Assembly: GCA_002811645.1 (NCBI GenBank)
Contig: PDIP01000113.1
Span: 21,266 to 85,265, forward strand
Source of the DNA: Corallochytrium limacisporum Hawaii
Lineage: Eukaryota > Protista > Pluriformea
DNA: 64,000 nucleotides
Direction of reading: 5' to 3'
Below the pieces are notes generated by a model. The model had not been told where the DNA came from. It saw only the letters and a program-made list of their open reading frames with translations, and made no database searches. Made by a program: the position numbers and the translations under genes. This document shows positions 20,627 to 32,801 of the stretch, in pieces. The stretch's first letter is position 1. Each line of letters opens with the position of its first letter.

Positions 20627-22665
20627 GTCGGCGGCGCGCGCGTTCAGAATCCGGGCACTGGCGTGACACCCAGGAACATACGATCGAGATGCACTGAATA
20701 ATATTCAAGCGTCTGATGCACTGGCAATCTAATTAATTGAATACCAATGACGGGGGGAGAAGAGCCTTGGTGGGGGCAAGGGAAGGGGTTCCTGGGGGTG
20801 AGGTGGGAGCCGGGCACACCGTCGTAAGGAACCGCAAAGGAAAAGAGGGAGGGGGGCAGGGGACGGGGGGGGGTACTCCGCGCTCGCCTTTTGGCTGACG
20901 GTGGGTGTCTGAGTGCGTGTGTGTGCGCCCGACCAAAAACCCCTCCCCCCGGCCCCCGGGGGGGGGGAGACGAGAGAGTGAGAGAGCTCAGCGGTGGGGT
21001 TGTTCGGGGGCCGCTTTATTCCCAAAGTGAACCCCTCCCGCTCCCCCCCCCTCGCCGGCCAGCCGCGGGACACGGACAAAAGGCGAAAACCAACTTTTTA
21101 GGCCTTAGTCTCTCTCTCTCGCTCCATTTTTTTTGCGTTTGATTTTCATATTTTTTTAATGGTTTTTTTTGCTGACCAAGACAAACATTCGGAACAGCCG
21201 TGGCAGACAGACAGCCATCGGTTCAGAACTACCAATTGGTAAAAGCTCTGTCCAAATCTCTCGCGGGTGGTGGAAAGTTAGAATCACTCGTTTGTTGGTG
21301 GTCATGGCACTCTCTCTCTCTTTTTCTGCGTCAATGCGGTTGGTTGGCAGTGGTGGTGGTGATGCTGAAGAGGTGTTGATCTCCAACACTACAAATCGCA
21401 ACTGACCCCCTTCATAACACCCTATCGCGGGGTTCAATCATCATTCATCGCAAACCAATGAAGCGGAAAGTGGCACACGACCATGTTAACCTTGTCCCGC
21501 GTAAAATGGTGGGTGAGCCAGTGGGACTGGTCGTGACGCAGTAGCAGTGATTGATGGGGTCCCGGTTCGGGTCAACAATCTTCCGGTCAGCAACCATCGC
21601 TGACATACAAAATTATCTTTGGAATTGGAAACACGGGGTTTCACCAGATCTCAGTACTTTCAGTGCCGGCGGCACGTTGTCACATGGCCCGGGCGAGTTT
21701 GAGGGATCCCGTTCTTGCGGTTGTGAGATGCGGGGCAAGGGTGATTCTGTTAGTCCTGCCGCCCACCCCTATCCCTTCAAGTGTGGTTGCTCTTCAACGC
21801 TCACACCATAGTGAATTTATCGTACACTTTCGCCAATGATCTCTGATCTCGGTACCATCCGTGGAATTGAATAATTCGCAGATGGCTGGCGAAAACCCAG
21901 CAAAAAGAACGTGACAGTCCGACCACCACTCGCACTTACACACACGCACACACACGCACACGCACAAGCACGCAGTGCCGCCTTAGCCCATCCCCTCTCC
22001 TCCTCACCTCTTCGGTTGTTACGAATTCTTCGTTCCTTTATCGTTTTTATTTATATGCTCTAGCGCCGAAATACAGGAGTCGATTTTGCGAAACGGGTCC
22101 GCTGGACTATGTCGTCGTAAACCCCAAGCCAAAAAATGAACAGTCGTGTCGGCATTTTCTTTGCTTTCTCCAGGCTCGCTGACTCCTGGAGAACCGGTCG
22201 GTAGCAAAAAGGGGGGGGGGGTGTGAACCACCGGACTGGCCCGAAGAGCGATACGTCCAGCGAGGCACGTTCACTCCGGTCTTAGGCTTGTCCATACTCA
22301 GTGCACCTTGTCGGGCAATTGTTGGACCACGCTATTGAACGGAAATGGTCAGGTGTTCTTCTCTCCTGCGTGGTTGGCTGCGTGGAAATGATACTGGGTG
22401 CCACTTAATGTGTTTACTGTGGTACAAATCCCTACCATTGATCTGTGTGCTGGTACTCGAGATGTGTTAAAGAGGTGCTGAAGTAAGAGTGCGTACGAGA
22501 GCGCATACGAGATCAAAAGGTCCACTGAAACCAACCACTGAAACCATGCGACGATGAAACAGCTCTACTGAACAGTCAGAATATGGTCCAACTATGATAA
22601 CCATGGACTAGGAATACGTTTCAGAGACGACAGTGTATTAGGTAGAGAACAAACACACGAAAACC

Positions 22666-24861
22666 ATGACAGAGCACGCATCGCTAGCAACATCGCCTCA
22701 AGTGGGCAAAAACCAGTCTGTCTACGTCATGAAGTTTGGCGGAACAAGTGTAGGAACTGGAGAACGCATGAGCCGAGTAGCAGACATCGTACTCGAATAT
22801 AGCTCCGCGGGATGTCCTTCGGTCGTCGTTCTGAGCGCCATGAGCTCGTACGTGAAGAAGGAAGGTACCACGTCACGCTTGATTGCTGCAGCAAATGCTG
22901 CGATCAAGCAGGATGAGGATACCATGAGCAATATGCTCCACCTTCTGCAGGCTAGCCATATTGTTGCGATCCACGAAGCTTTGGGCACCACACAAGAAAG
23001 TCTTACCCTGCAGAAAGACGTTAGCGACCTGATTGACCGTTTACGACAGTTTCTGAACGCTATTGCCACTATTGGGGAGCTGAGTGCACGCAGCCACGAC
23101 TACATCATGGGTGCGGGAGAGGTACTGAGCACCAAGATTTTCAGTGGGGTCCTCCGCCAGAAGATTAGCAAGCTCTACCGGGACGAAGACGAAAAACCAC
23201 GGGTGCGGTGGTGTGATTTGAGCAAAATCGTACCGATCAGCAACTCGGATCGGCTGTGTGACCAAGCATTCTTCAATGACCTCCGTCAGAGTGTCTGTAA
23301 TGCGATGACAGGAGACAGCGGCCGCAAACTGGGAGCGAAGGACGTGGTTGTGGTGACAGGCTACATCGGAGACATGCCCGGAGGAATCCTCGAGGCTGTT
23401 GGACGTGGCTACACGGACTTTACAGCCTCTCTCATTGCATCAGGACTACAGGCACAGGAGTTGATCATTTGGAAGGAAGTGGACGGTATCTTCAGCGCGG
23501 ATCCGCGGAAGATTAAAGATGCGAGGCTTTTGGAACGGGTTACGCCCGAAGAGGCGGCAGAACTCACCTTCTACGGCAGCGAAGTGATTCACCCATTCTC
23601 CATGGAGCAGGTCATGACCCGTAAGATTCCTATCCGTATCAAGAATACTTTCAAGCCACATCTTCAGGGAACGTTGGTGGATCCCACGGACGCATGGGAT
23701 ATGAAGCATTGGAAAACGCGCGGAGCGGTTGCTGTAACGGCCAAAGAGGATGTTACCGTGATTACGTTACGGTCAAACCGAAAGCACATTAATCATGCGT
23801 TTCTGGCCAAGCTCTTCGGCATCTTGCACCAACATCGAGTTAATGTCGACATGATCAGTACGAGTGAGGTCGATGTTAGCCTGACTATTGCCAAGAAACG
23901 AGGCCTTGACGATGCAGTGGCGGAACTGCGTGGCTTGGGCGAGGTCGAAATTAAGACCGGGCTTGCTATCATTTCGGTCATCGGCCAACGCATGAAACAC
24001 ATCACTGGCATGGCTGCAGCCATCTTCATGGTTCTGGGTCGGGAGGGAGTCAACCTGGAAATGATCAGTCAAGGTGCCAGTGAGATAAATGTGAGCTGTG
24101 TGATCCAGCAGGACCAGATCATGAAGGCCACTGAGTGCCTACACGAGTATATCATTCTGCAGAACCCCGTTCACAGTGGCACGCAGAGCCCGCGAGAAGA
24201 ACAGGCTGGCTTTGAGCTAGAGGATCTGCAGGCGTCGCAGCCTGCCGACGCTGCAGCGGCCCAATCCGTGTCTCCCCCGGAAAGCCGCTCGGGCTCCATC
24301 GACAGGCGCCAGGCACGCCTCCCCGACGAAGGCGTCCTCCGCCGCAGTAGCGGTACTGGCAGCCAGGTTACGGTCGCTGCTGCTGGATCCCAGAAGACGA
24401 CGGATGCAGACATCGTCAAGATTAAAGCGGAGCCCAAGACCATTCCTGTCGACAAATCCAGAGCCAACGGAGGAAACGAAGGCTGCGATGCGGCAGCTGG
24501 ACAATTGGGGAAGAGTCCCAATATGACACGCGTGGTCAGCTCGCCGGAATTCCGCACATTCCTCAGCGAAGTAAACCGCGAAACTCTACTGGCGTCCGCA
24601 AATCGTCAATACGCGAAGACAGGGTCCAGTAATAGTGCCACAAAGCAGGTCAGTGACACCGGCACGTCTGTGCGCTTCAGCTTCGGTAGCGGAGACAGCA
24701 ACGATGATGCCAACGGCGACGACGACTGCAAGCGCATCGAACGGGAAACACGGTCTCTGCCCGAGGCCCCCGCCGCAGAGGTCGGTGCACGCAACGGTGA
24801 TGCCCCCGCCGCAGAGGTCGGTGCACGCAACGGTGATGTGCAATTTCCTGTAGATATCTAG
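22666..24861 (+). CDS. Monofunctional aspartate kinase (HOM3/LysC-like) with ACT domains and a ~230-aa disordered C-terminal extension
   Basis: VMKFGGTSVG, VVVLSAMS, GRGYTDFTA, IWKEVDGIFSADPRK, EEAAELTFYGSEVIHP, VDMISTSEVDVSL, EMISQGASEINVSCVI. Confidence 0.95.
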   Translation: MTEHASLATSPQVGKNQSVYVMKFGGTSVGTGERMSRVADIVLEYSSAGCPSVVVLSAMSSYVKKEGTTSRLIAAANAAIKQDEDTMSNMLHLLQASHIVAIHEALGTTQESLTLQKDVSDLIDRLRQFLNAIATIGELSARSHDYIMGAGEVLSTKIFSGVLRQKISKLYRDEDEKPRVRWCDLSKIVPISNSDRLCDQAFFNDLRQSVCNAMTGDSGRKLGAKDVVVVTGYIGDMPGGILEAVGRGYTDFTASLIASGLQAQELIIWKEVDGIFSADPRKIKDARLLERVTPEEAAELTFYGSEVIHPFSMEQVMTRKIPIRIKNTFKPHLQGTLVDPTDAWDMKHWKTRGAVAVTAKEDVTVITLRSNRKHINHAFLAKLFGILHQHRVNVDMISTSEVDVSLTIAKKRGLDDAVAELRGLGEVEIKTGLAIISVIGQRMKHITGMAAAIFMVLGREGVNLEMISQGASEINVSCVIQQDQIMKATECLHEYIILQNPVHSGTQSPREEQAGFELEDLQASQPADAAAAQSVSPPESRSGSIDRRQARLPDEGVLRRSSGTGSQVTVAAAGSQKTTDADIVKIKAEPKTIPVDKSRANGGNEGCDAAAGQLGKSPNMTRVVSSPEFRTFLSEVNRETLLASANRQYAKTGSSNSATKQVSDTGTSVRFSFGSGDSNDDANGDDDCKRIERETRSLPEAPAAEVGARNGDAPAAEVGARNGDVQFPVDI
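24766..24837 (+). repeat. Exact 36-bp tandem duplication (APAAEVGARNGD x2) at the end of the aspartate kinase
   Basis: gcccccgccgcagaggtcggtgcacgcaacggtgat at 24766-24801 and 24802-24837. Confidence 0.95.
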
Positions 24862-24996
24862 AACACACTGCAATGCCACGAATACAGCACAACTAGTGTA
24901 TACTACCCATGAAAAACCAAAACTAGGTACATTTGAATACTTGGAATTCTTTATTTCCGTTCACTCTGGCAAATTGTGCATTCACATTCACCTGTA

Positions 24997-27900
24997 TTAG
25001 TACTCCTCGTCAGAGCTGAGGTCAATCTCATCCTCGTGATCGTGAAGGTTTTGCAGAGACTGATTGGGCGATGAGTCCGTAGGGCGGCCCGTACTGCTGC
25101 CGCTTCCGCTCTGACCGCTTTGGCGCATCATGATCGCCTGGTGGTTCTCGGCGGCCATAGCTTGCTCTGCAACGTGGTCAAAGTCCTCACTTCGAGTGGC
25201 CAGGAACATGGGATAGTCCTCAGTGTAGAAGGACAGGCGAGTTCCATCCCGACTCGACACCGCATCGTCCTCGGGCATTTCGTCCGCGCCAAGGGATCCT
25301 GTGGACAGAGAAACGCGCATGTCGTTGGTGGACATGTTGGGGCTCTGGTCACCCATGGGTGCCGTGCTGGTTTCTCCAAAGTTCGTCGAATTGGCGTCTT
25401 CGCGGTTGGACGCCAGTGGTGATGACCCTGTGCCACCTTCGCCACTAGCAAGTACGCCACGCGGTGCCAGGCTAATGCGACGCTCGTACTCCTCAATCTC
25501 TGCACGCTCGTCGTAGTGTCCGGTGTACTCGGTCTCGTGGTCCGCCATGCCGGTGGCCGCACTGGAACCCCGAATGACCTGAGATATTGTGTTGCGCGGC
25601 AGTTGAGCTTCTGCACTCATGGCCGCGGCAGCAGTTAGCTGATCGTATTGCTCTGGTGGTGCATCCATCACCGCCGCGAAGTCACCCATGTCCATCATCG
25701 TCGCAGCCACAGTGTCCAAGATCTGTGGGAAGGCATTGGGGAAGCTCACAGCTACATCGTAGGGTGGCGGTTCCTCCTCGACGACAGACTGCAGATCGTG
25801 TTGACGAGCAGTGGAGACCATGAACGGAGATTGAACCTTGCGCAGACGCTCCATGAGCTGCTGCGCAGCTGCACGTTCGCTTTGATTGGCCCTCGGTGAC
25901 AGATTGATCTTGGTCATGTCGAACAGATCATTGGGGTCTAACCCGAGGGACTCGCGGAGTTCGTCATGGCCATCATTGGGCTGCGCAGGCTTCGGCGTGT
26001 TACTGGCCCAAGTGCCACCTGGAGCATTGATGATCTCGCCTGTGGCGGAACGGACGACAATGTCGTAGTCTCTGATCACATCGTAGGCAGGCAAGGCCTT
26101 TGGAGCAGTCATGGGCATGACAGTTACGTCTGACTGCGAACCGGGGTCTGACAACATGTTCGTAATGGTGTTTGATGTGAGATGGGCCTGTTGCTCACGA
26201 GGAATGGGTCTCGGTGCGCTACGGACACCCGGAGCCGCACTCGCACTGCGATGTATGGCCAGTGCTGACAAAGTCGTGTGCTCGCCCGTGTTCTCAGGTC
26301 GCAGACGTGGAGACATGGATCCAGAGGTCAGGCGACCCGGGCTCAGACCCGGGTGTGGAGACTCTTGGGGCAGGGTGACTTGGGGACCCTCTTCCACGAA
26401 CAAATTGAAAGGTTCTTCCAGTAGAGCCATGTCGACCAGGGAACCACGATGACTACCCGGCCGAGAATTGTTACGTGATGCTGGCCGCGAAGAGGGTCGC
26501 GAAGAGGGCCTTGACAATTGACCTCCGGTAACTTCGTCCGCAAATTCAGCCGCAGAGGAACGCAGCTGGTTCAGTCGCTGCTCAGTTGGCGTTCCTTTAT
26601 TCAGGAGCTCAGCGTGGGCGGCCCGGGCCACTCGCCAGTGGCTACCGCGTAGATCGCTGAGGTGAACGGGCATTTGCACCTTGAAGTTGCCTCCACGACT
26701 AACTTTGATTTCCACCACGATCACGTATTGAATGGTTAAACCGAGTGCACGTTCCATGGGCACCGTAGGCACTAGCCGATTGACGTCCGTAGTGTGATCA
26801 TCAAAGTAGCCAAGACACATGATGGGCTGTACATCACCACCCCTGATCAGCTCTCCATTCTCATCCCGTTCCCGATCTTTGTCTCGCTGCTCTGGGTCCG
26901 CGTCGCGATCGCGTGGGCTCACGGCATCTTGAATATCATGCATCATTCGATCGTGAATTGAGCCCATGATCGTGGCCGCCTCTCCTTGGGCACCCAGAAT
27001 GCGGTTGGGCATCATCGTTGGCCCCCTGTTAGCGCCACGCAGACGTGGTGAGGTCATTAAATCAGCATCAGTGGTGCCATTCGGCAAGCTAGACAGGCTC
27101 GCAGACTGATCTACGTAGCTATGTAGCCGGCGCCGCGAGCCATTGGCGTTGATGCTGGCCCCGCTGGCAGTAGATCCGACCGATGTGCTCAAAAAGGACG
27201 GCATATCTGCAAGTTGATGGTTACCCCTCTGATCCGGGCCCGAGTCTGTCTCGCTCAGAATGGGGTGGGAAGCCGCACTGAGGTTACCGTTGGATCCCGG
27301 GGCTGCTAGTGCACCGTTCTCAATGACAGCAATCGGGGTGCTCTTAGTCCGGAAGCGTTTGAAGGGACTGCGGGAGCGCGAAGAGTTAGAGCTCACAGAC
27401 TTACCCCGGCTGCGACTGCGAGCGCCGCCATTGGAGTCATTGCCGTTTTGTTGTCGATTCTTGTTAGACGCAGACATCGAATTTTTACGGCTCCGAGCAC
27501 GCGAGCGGCGAGGTTCGGGCCTAGTCTCGTCAATGGCAAACGGCACTTCAAAATGCATTACACGGGCCTTGCCCGAGGTGATGGGAAACATGGATGGAGC
27601 ATTGTCATCATCAAACCGAATTGTGTTGACAACACTGTCAGTCATAGGAGCCATACTCATACGTTGATCAAACATCTGCACACGTTGCCTCAGCGTCACC
27701 TCAACCCCCTCGATCCTGACGAAATCACTGAAATTGGCCAGATGCAAACGACAAAGTGCCAGTTCGTCCCGATAATACACACCCTTGTTCGCAAATAGGC
27801 GGGCCCGGACTTTCTTACCCTTGCGTACTCCCAGCAGGAATGCCTTCTCGGCGGTGGCCACCGGGGGCGGTGCCATGCGCAGAGTGGGGACTAAGTTGTG

Positions 27901-29412
27901 ATCCAACACGGAGGGCGGAGCTCCGGTGCTGTTGTCGCGGGATAGCGATCTTGTTGTCGCTGAATCTGTACTAAACTCCCCCATTCCCGGCACCACGGAG
28001 TCAAAGTCACCGTCTGCCTCCGTGGCGTTTAAGGTTCCACGAGACCGTGTAATGTTCTCACCTCGAGAGCGCATCTGATCCTTGACGGGATCATGGCCTT
28101 TTCCGTACTTTGGACCGTCACTGGGCTTGATTTGTTCCACTTGGCCCGGTCCTTCCTCACCGAGCAAAGGGTTGTCCATTTCTGGTACGTGCCGCTGCAG
28201 AGAAACGCGCTTCTGAAATTTCTTTGTGATTCGCAGATTTATGCGGTTTTTGCCCAGCTCTGCGGGAATGGACCTCTGTCCTGGGGCCGGTCGCACGTGC
28301 ACAATGTAACCCTGAATTTCATGGTAGACTCCAACAATATGATTCGCATTGGCGATGCGCGATCCAGTCGGCTCGTCGCGGACCCTTGTGCTCTTCAAAT
28401 CCTTGGCTGTATGGGGTGTGGTGCTCATGCGCAGATTCGTTCGTAGCTGTGCCACGTCGTCCATTATGACTTGATCTAGTGCAGAACTTCCCACAGCACC
28501 ACCGTTGGGGAGTGCGACCAAGTGATCCTTCTTTTGTGTGACGTAGCATCCGCAGCTGGGTGGTAGTGCTGCTGGGACTTGGAACGCAAAGGGGAAGTCG
28601 TAGGAACCAGGCGGGATCCCGTAGAACGAGGCTGGGCTGGATTGACGCGCCGAGTACAGCGTACGCAGCCGGAGCTTGCGGTGGTGCTTAAACTTTTGCA
28701 CCAGAATGCACCGGTAGAAAATAACAATGTCTTGCAAACTGTTTGGGTGGCCCTCATTGACTTCCAAATGCAAGGCACCACTTACCATTTCACCCGGTCC
28801 GACATCACCGTTGGCGAGTCTGATGCCTAGTTTGCGGTACTCTGGAAAAGAAAGAATCCGCTGCATCTCTGCATGTTTGTGTGAATGGCTCCGTGCGGTT
28901 GCCAGTAATCCTGCGTCGGCAGTGCGGACCTGTCGATTATTGGACGTTTGGTTCCCCCGTTGCGATCCGTTGCTGCCATTGGTCCTATTTCGTGTGGACG
29001 TTTGCTGGGAAATACCGGCCAAGGAATCTAAGAGTTGATCATTCACTGCATTGCCATTTCGGTCATTAGCTGCCGCTGCTGCCCGACCACTGTTCTGCCG
29101 TGAAAGACTCTGCTCATCCCCGTGCTGTTGCCGTAGCTGATTCAGGGCTTCCTGTTGTTCCCGTAACTGATTCAAAGCCTGGACTTCGTTTGCGTCCATA
29201 CTATATGATAATGAAGACCTTCGTCGGAATACCCGACTTGCTTTGGTTACCATTGACCCACTTCTCCAATTGGCGGGCTGGCCTGCATTTGCTGCACGCG
29301 TGTCCGGAGAGGTGGGCGGAGATCCAATATCCGACAAGGGCGTTGCGGGTCGGTCTGCGGGATGCATGACACCAAGGTCATCCATCGGGCCCTCTGAACG
29401 GTCTGAGTCCAT
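24997..29412 (-). CDS. Large arrestin-fold protein: beta-arrestin-like core with long low-complexity insertions and PY motifs
   Basis: Arrestin-N: SYDFPFAFQVPAALPPS. Arrestin-C: ATAEKAFLL...ANKGVYYRDE...LANFS...VTLRQ and LGLTIQYVIVVEIKVSRGGNFKVQMPVHL, compared with beta-arrestin LGIIVSYKVKVKLVVSRGG. Confidence 0.82.
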   Translation of the reverse strand: MDSDRSEGPMDDLGVMHPADRPATPLSDIGSPPTSPDTRAANAGQPANWRSGSMVTKASRVFRRRSSLSYSMDANEVQALNQLREQQEALNQLRQQHGDEQSLSRQNSGRAAAAANDRNGNAVNDQLLDSLAGISQQTSTRNRTNGSNGSQRGNQTSNNRQVRTADAGLLATARSHSHKHAEMQRILSFPEYRKLGIRLANGDVGPGEMVSGALHLEVNEGHPNSLQDIVIFYRCILVQKFKHHRKLRLRTLYSARQSSPASFYGIPPGSYDFPFAFQVPAALPPSCGCYVTQKKDHLVALPNGGAVGSSALDQVIMDDVAQLRTNLRMSTTPHTAKDLKSTRVRDEPTGSRIANANHIVGVYHEIQGYIVHVRPAPGQRSIPAELGKNRINLRITKKFQKRVSLQRHVPEMDNPLLGEEGPGQVEQIKPSDGPKYGKGHDPVKDQMRSRGENITRSRGTLNATEADGDFDSVVPGMGEFSTDSATTRSLSRDNSTGAPPSVLDHNLVPTLRMAPPPVATAEKAFLLGVRKGKKVRARLFANKGVYYRDELALCRLHLANFSDFVRIEGVEVTLRQRVQMFDQRMSMAPMTDSVVNTIRFDDDNAPSMFPITSGKARVMHFEVPFAIDETRPEPRRSRARSRKNSMSASNKNRQQNGNDSNGGARSRSRGKSVSSNSSRSRSPFKRFRTKSTPIAVIENGALAAPGSNGNLSAASHPILSETDSGPDQRGNHQLADMPSFLSTSVGSTASGASINANGSRRRLHSYVDQSASLSSLPNGTTDADLMTSPRLRGANRGPTMMPNRILGAQGEAATIMGSIHDRMMHDIQDAVSPRDRDADPEQRDKDRERDENGELIRGGDVQPIMCLGYFDDHTTDVNRLVPTVPMERALGLTIQYVIVVEIKVSRGGNFKVQMPVHLSDLRGSHWRVARAAHAELLNKGTPTEQRLNQLRSSAAEFADEVTGGQLSRPSSRPSSRPASRNNSRPGSHRGSLVDMALLEEPFNLFVEEGPQVTLPQESPHPGLSPGRLTSGSMSPRLRPENTGEHTTLSALAIHRSASAAPGVRSAPRPIPREQQAHLTSNTITNMLSDPGSQSDVTVMPMTAPKALPAYDVIRDYDIVVRSATGEIINAPGGTWASNTPKPAQPNDGHDELRESLGLDPNDLFDMTKINLSPRANQSERAAAQQLMERLRKVQSPFMVSTARQHDLQSVVEEEPPPYDVAVSFPNAFPQILDTVAATMMDMGDFAAVMDAPPEQYDQLTAAAAMSAEAQLPRNTISQVIRGSSAATGMADHETEYTGHYDERAEIEEYERRISLAPRGVLASGEGGTGSSPLASNREDANSTNFGETSTAPMGDQSPNMSTNDMRVSLSTGSLGADEMPEDDAVSSRDGTRLSFYTEDYPMFLATRSEDFDHVAEQAMAAENHQAIMMRQSGQSGSGSSTGRPTDSSPNQSLQNLHDHEDEIDLSSDEEY

Positions 29413-32400
29413 TTTTTTGCTCTGGACGTGTGTGTTCTCTGTGTAGTGTTCTTTAACTCTCTACTCCGAAGCTAGCGTGGCTTCATTGCGGTTGAACAGT
29501 TGGTCTTATTTTCCAGTACGGGCATTCAATTATTTTCATGTATGTGTACTGATTCGATACCAATCTATACTTCTCATGTGCTGTTTAGTTGATACTATTT
29601 CATGCCAATGCTGTCAAGCCCGTCCGTCTACCTTCGGGGATCAAATCTACTTTGGGCGACGGTATTTTCGGTCCAAATTCATCGCAGGCCATGGCAGTTC
29701 CATGACATCAGGTCGAGTGTCCTCCTTGATCTACCCCTAGTATTTCGGCCAACAACATTGCAAACAACCGAAAAATCACCATCATGTACATGCACCGCCA
29801 AGTATTGTGTGGTGCACACACACGCACATTCTCTCTCGCTCATGCCTGGGTTCAAAATGGAGAACGCGAGGAATCACGGGACGAAAGGGCGGGGGTGGCG
29901 AGGAGCTAATAGGCTGTCACGGCCGCGCACTACAGCAGACAGTGAGAGAGAGAGAGAGAGGGAGAGCGAGAAAGGCAGGCGGAAGAGTGGAGAGGAGAGG
30001 AGAAGGTGACACAGTGCAGAATGAACCGAGGCAACAGGGCCGAGGGGTCCCCTCAGCAGAAAAAAAAGACGAGAGAAAACTTTAAAAAAGAAAGGGAGCG
30101 ACAAGAGGGAGACACAAAATTAAAAATAATGAGGGAGGAAGACCCAGAAATCGATTTCAGATCCCGATACACCTAACGGAGTCTCCTCTCCCCCCCCCCT
30201 TTCCACCCCAACCCAGTCTGCTCTGCACCTGTTGACCTTTTATATTCCTTGAATCAGGCCAGGGGGAGACCATGGCCTGCCTGCCCCAGCCTTCCCTCCT
30301 CTCCCCTCCTCCTCCTCCTCCTCTCCTGCCCCCCCCCCTCCCCTCCCTTCCCTTCGCTTCCCTTTCTCATTCCAAAGGTATTCTGGCTTGTCCTTCCCGT
30401 CTGCCATCCCTCTTAGTCCACAGATTTCTAAGCTTCTGTCAACCGGGAAGGGATGCAACAACAGGTTCAATAATGAATGTAGCTACAAATTCTGTCGCAG
30501 ATCGAAGAAAGGACGAGCGCACCGCACTGCCCGGGAAAAAGGCGGCCCCAGGACAGCGATATTCGTTGCCTGTGGTGCAGGGCGGGACAGGAGGCCTCCA
30601 CTTTCTCAAACTTACTTGAAACTGAACCACTCTCGAGATGGTCCGCTACTATGACGGTGTGCACTCTCCGCGTCACTCACACACATCATGCGCATATTAA
30701 GCTCGCCCCACCGCCCCGATTCTATGCCCCCATCTGTGGGTTTCTGGATCCCGCGCACGTTGGGGCGACAGACAGAGGAGAGAGGAAACAGCCCCTTCCT
30801 GCTTCATTTTCAAGTTTTGGCCTAACTAGTGTTCCGTGCGGGACGCAACCTTGGTATGGGCGCCCGGAGCTCTGAGTTGATTTGGAAGAAGTATGTTAAA
30901 AAAATGCAAGCAGCAACCACGCACACAAAACACGGACACAGACTTTCTAGTAGTTGTAGGTGCGTGTGCGTGCGTGCGCTGCCGTGCTGATGGCTCGTTG
31001 CAACGGCCAATTCCAATGCGAAAGCATTCCTAGAGGAGAGGAAGTCATTGGTAGCGAATTCGGAACAAGAAAATGTTCGTACAGAAGAACATTCGACGAC
31101 ATAGCGAACAAAAGCAACGGGCGCTAACAACGACCCACAGCGAGTCGGGCACGGGGCCCGCAGCCTCCAGTGGCGGAGGGTTGTTCACGTTCTGGGCTGA
31201 TTTGGCAACAGAGTTCGGATGTATGACCATTTAATTCACCAGCACCCAGCGGTCACAAACACGGGATTTGGCGTACGGGTGCAGTTCCCGCGGGGAACCG
31301 GAACACAGCATGTCCAGTCATGGTCACACGAACGCCGATGTACAGAGTCCACATACTGCACGTCAGTGGTATTGGCTGAAAAAATTTGATTGGGTTCGGA
31401 AACATGTCGTGGTGTGTGATGCTGCCATAATCTTTCAGGAGACATACCGCCTGGTGTGTGTCTTCGGTGTAAGAGTACTGCTGCAATATGCACAACATGC
31501 CATTCCACGCGGTATAGCCGTCGGTCATCATCATTCATTCATTCATTCATTCATCCATCTCTCATCTCGTGACTATTGGATTCACCAGTACCGCGACGCA
31601 TTCATCAGTTGCGTCCCCATCTTCGAAAAAAATAAACCTACCCTTGGTGGTGGTGTTTGGTAGCTATCGCACCTGTCTGAACGGCCCGGCAACAGTGGGG
31701 TCACAACGCCTGGAATGCGAGGCCGCCCGGGGGAGGGGGGTCAACCACTGGCGGCAAAGTATTAGGTATTTCGACAACGGCCGTGTCCCGCTCATACCTC
31801 CCCAACCTCCGCGTTTTCGTTCGCATTGCCTTTCTTAGTCTGGAGAAAGAAGGAAGGAGAAAGGGGGGGGGGAGGGGGGAAGTAGGCCGGGAGGGAGTCC
31901 TTACCCAAAAGAAAACCGCTGGCGGTATTCAGTACTGGCGGTGGGGACGATGAGGGCGCCAGGTACGGTATACGTAAGAAATGAAGTGAGCCTGGAAGAG
32001 CGAGGCCCCCGGGGGGAAGGGTGGGGGTTTGGGACTTGGGGCCACATGCGGAGAGTTTCACAGGTCTCTCTCTTCTCTGGGATTGATTGTCCAGAGCGGG
32101 GAAAGTCCGTCGAAGGGAGGCATTTCTCCGATGGACAGGGCCACGGGTCTGAGTAAATTAGTCACATTTACTATAGAAACAGTGAAGAAACACGAAACGG
32201 AGTCAGGACATTTGAGGAAAACCATACCTGAACCACGGGTCGCACTCTGGTGGGCCGTAGGGTGCGAGGGTGAGGAACTCGGTTTTCCAAGCACACACAA
32301 CTGCAGCAGCAGAAAACTTGGCCAAAAAGAATGCTGTGAAAGCAGCAACTCCCGCGGGCCCACCACCGTAGGTGGTCAACCGCAAGACATGCTTGGCTAT

Positions 32401-32620
32401 CGAAGGGGGGGGAGAGAGAGAGAGAGGGGGGGCTAGGGTTAGGTGGTTGCCCTTTGGCGAGGATCACTCGAGGGGTGTGGCAGAGGGAGCCGTTAATTTT
32501 TGAGCGGGGTAGAGTGTATGTGCCGGCGGGTGTTTCATTGGTGGAGTACGTCTTTCGCTACGAACTTGGGCCCAATTCAATAAGCGTTGTGCCGGGCCAA
32601 GAACAAGAAAATTCTCACCA

Positions 32621-32623
<3 letters not shown>

Positions 32624-32657
<34 letters not shown>

Positions 32658-32710
32658 TCTCTTTCTCTCTCGCTGTGTCCTCTCCGCGCTTCTCGCAATT
32701 GTCCTCTCTC

Positions 32711-32801
<91 letters not shown>
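32624..32801. repeat. Compound microsatellite: (TC)n followed by ~22 copies of TCTG
   Basis: Imperfect TC run at about 32624-32671 and a perfect TCTG array at about 32711-32800. Confidence 0.97.
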
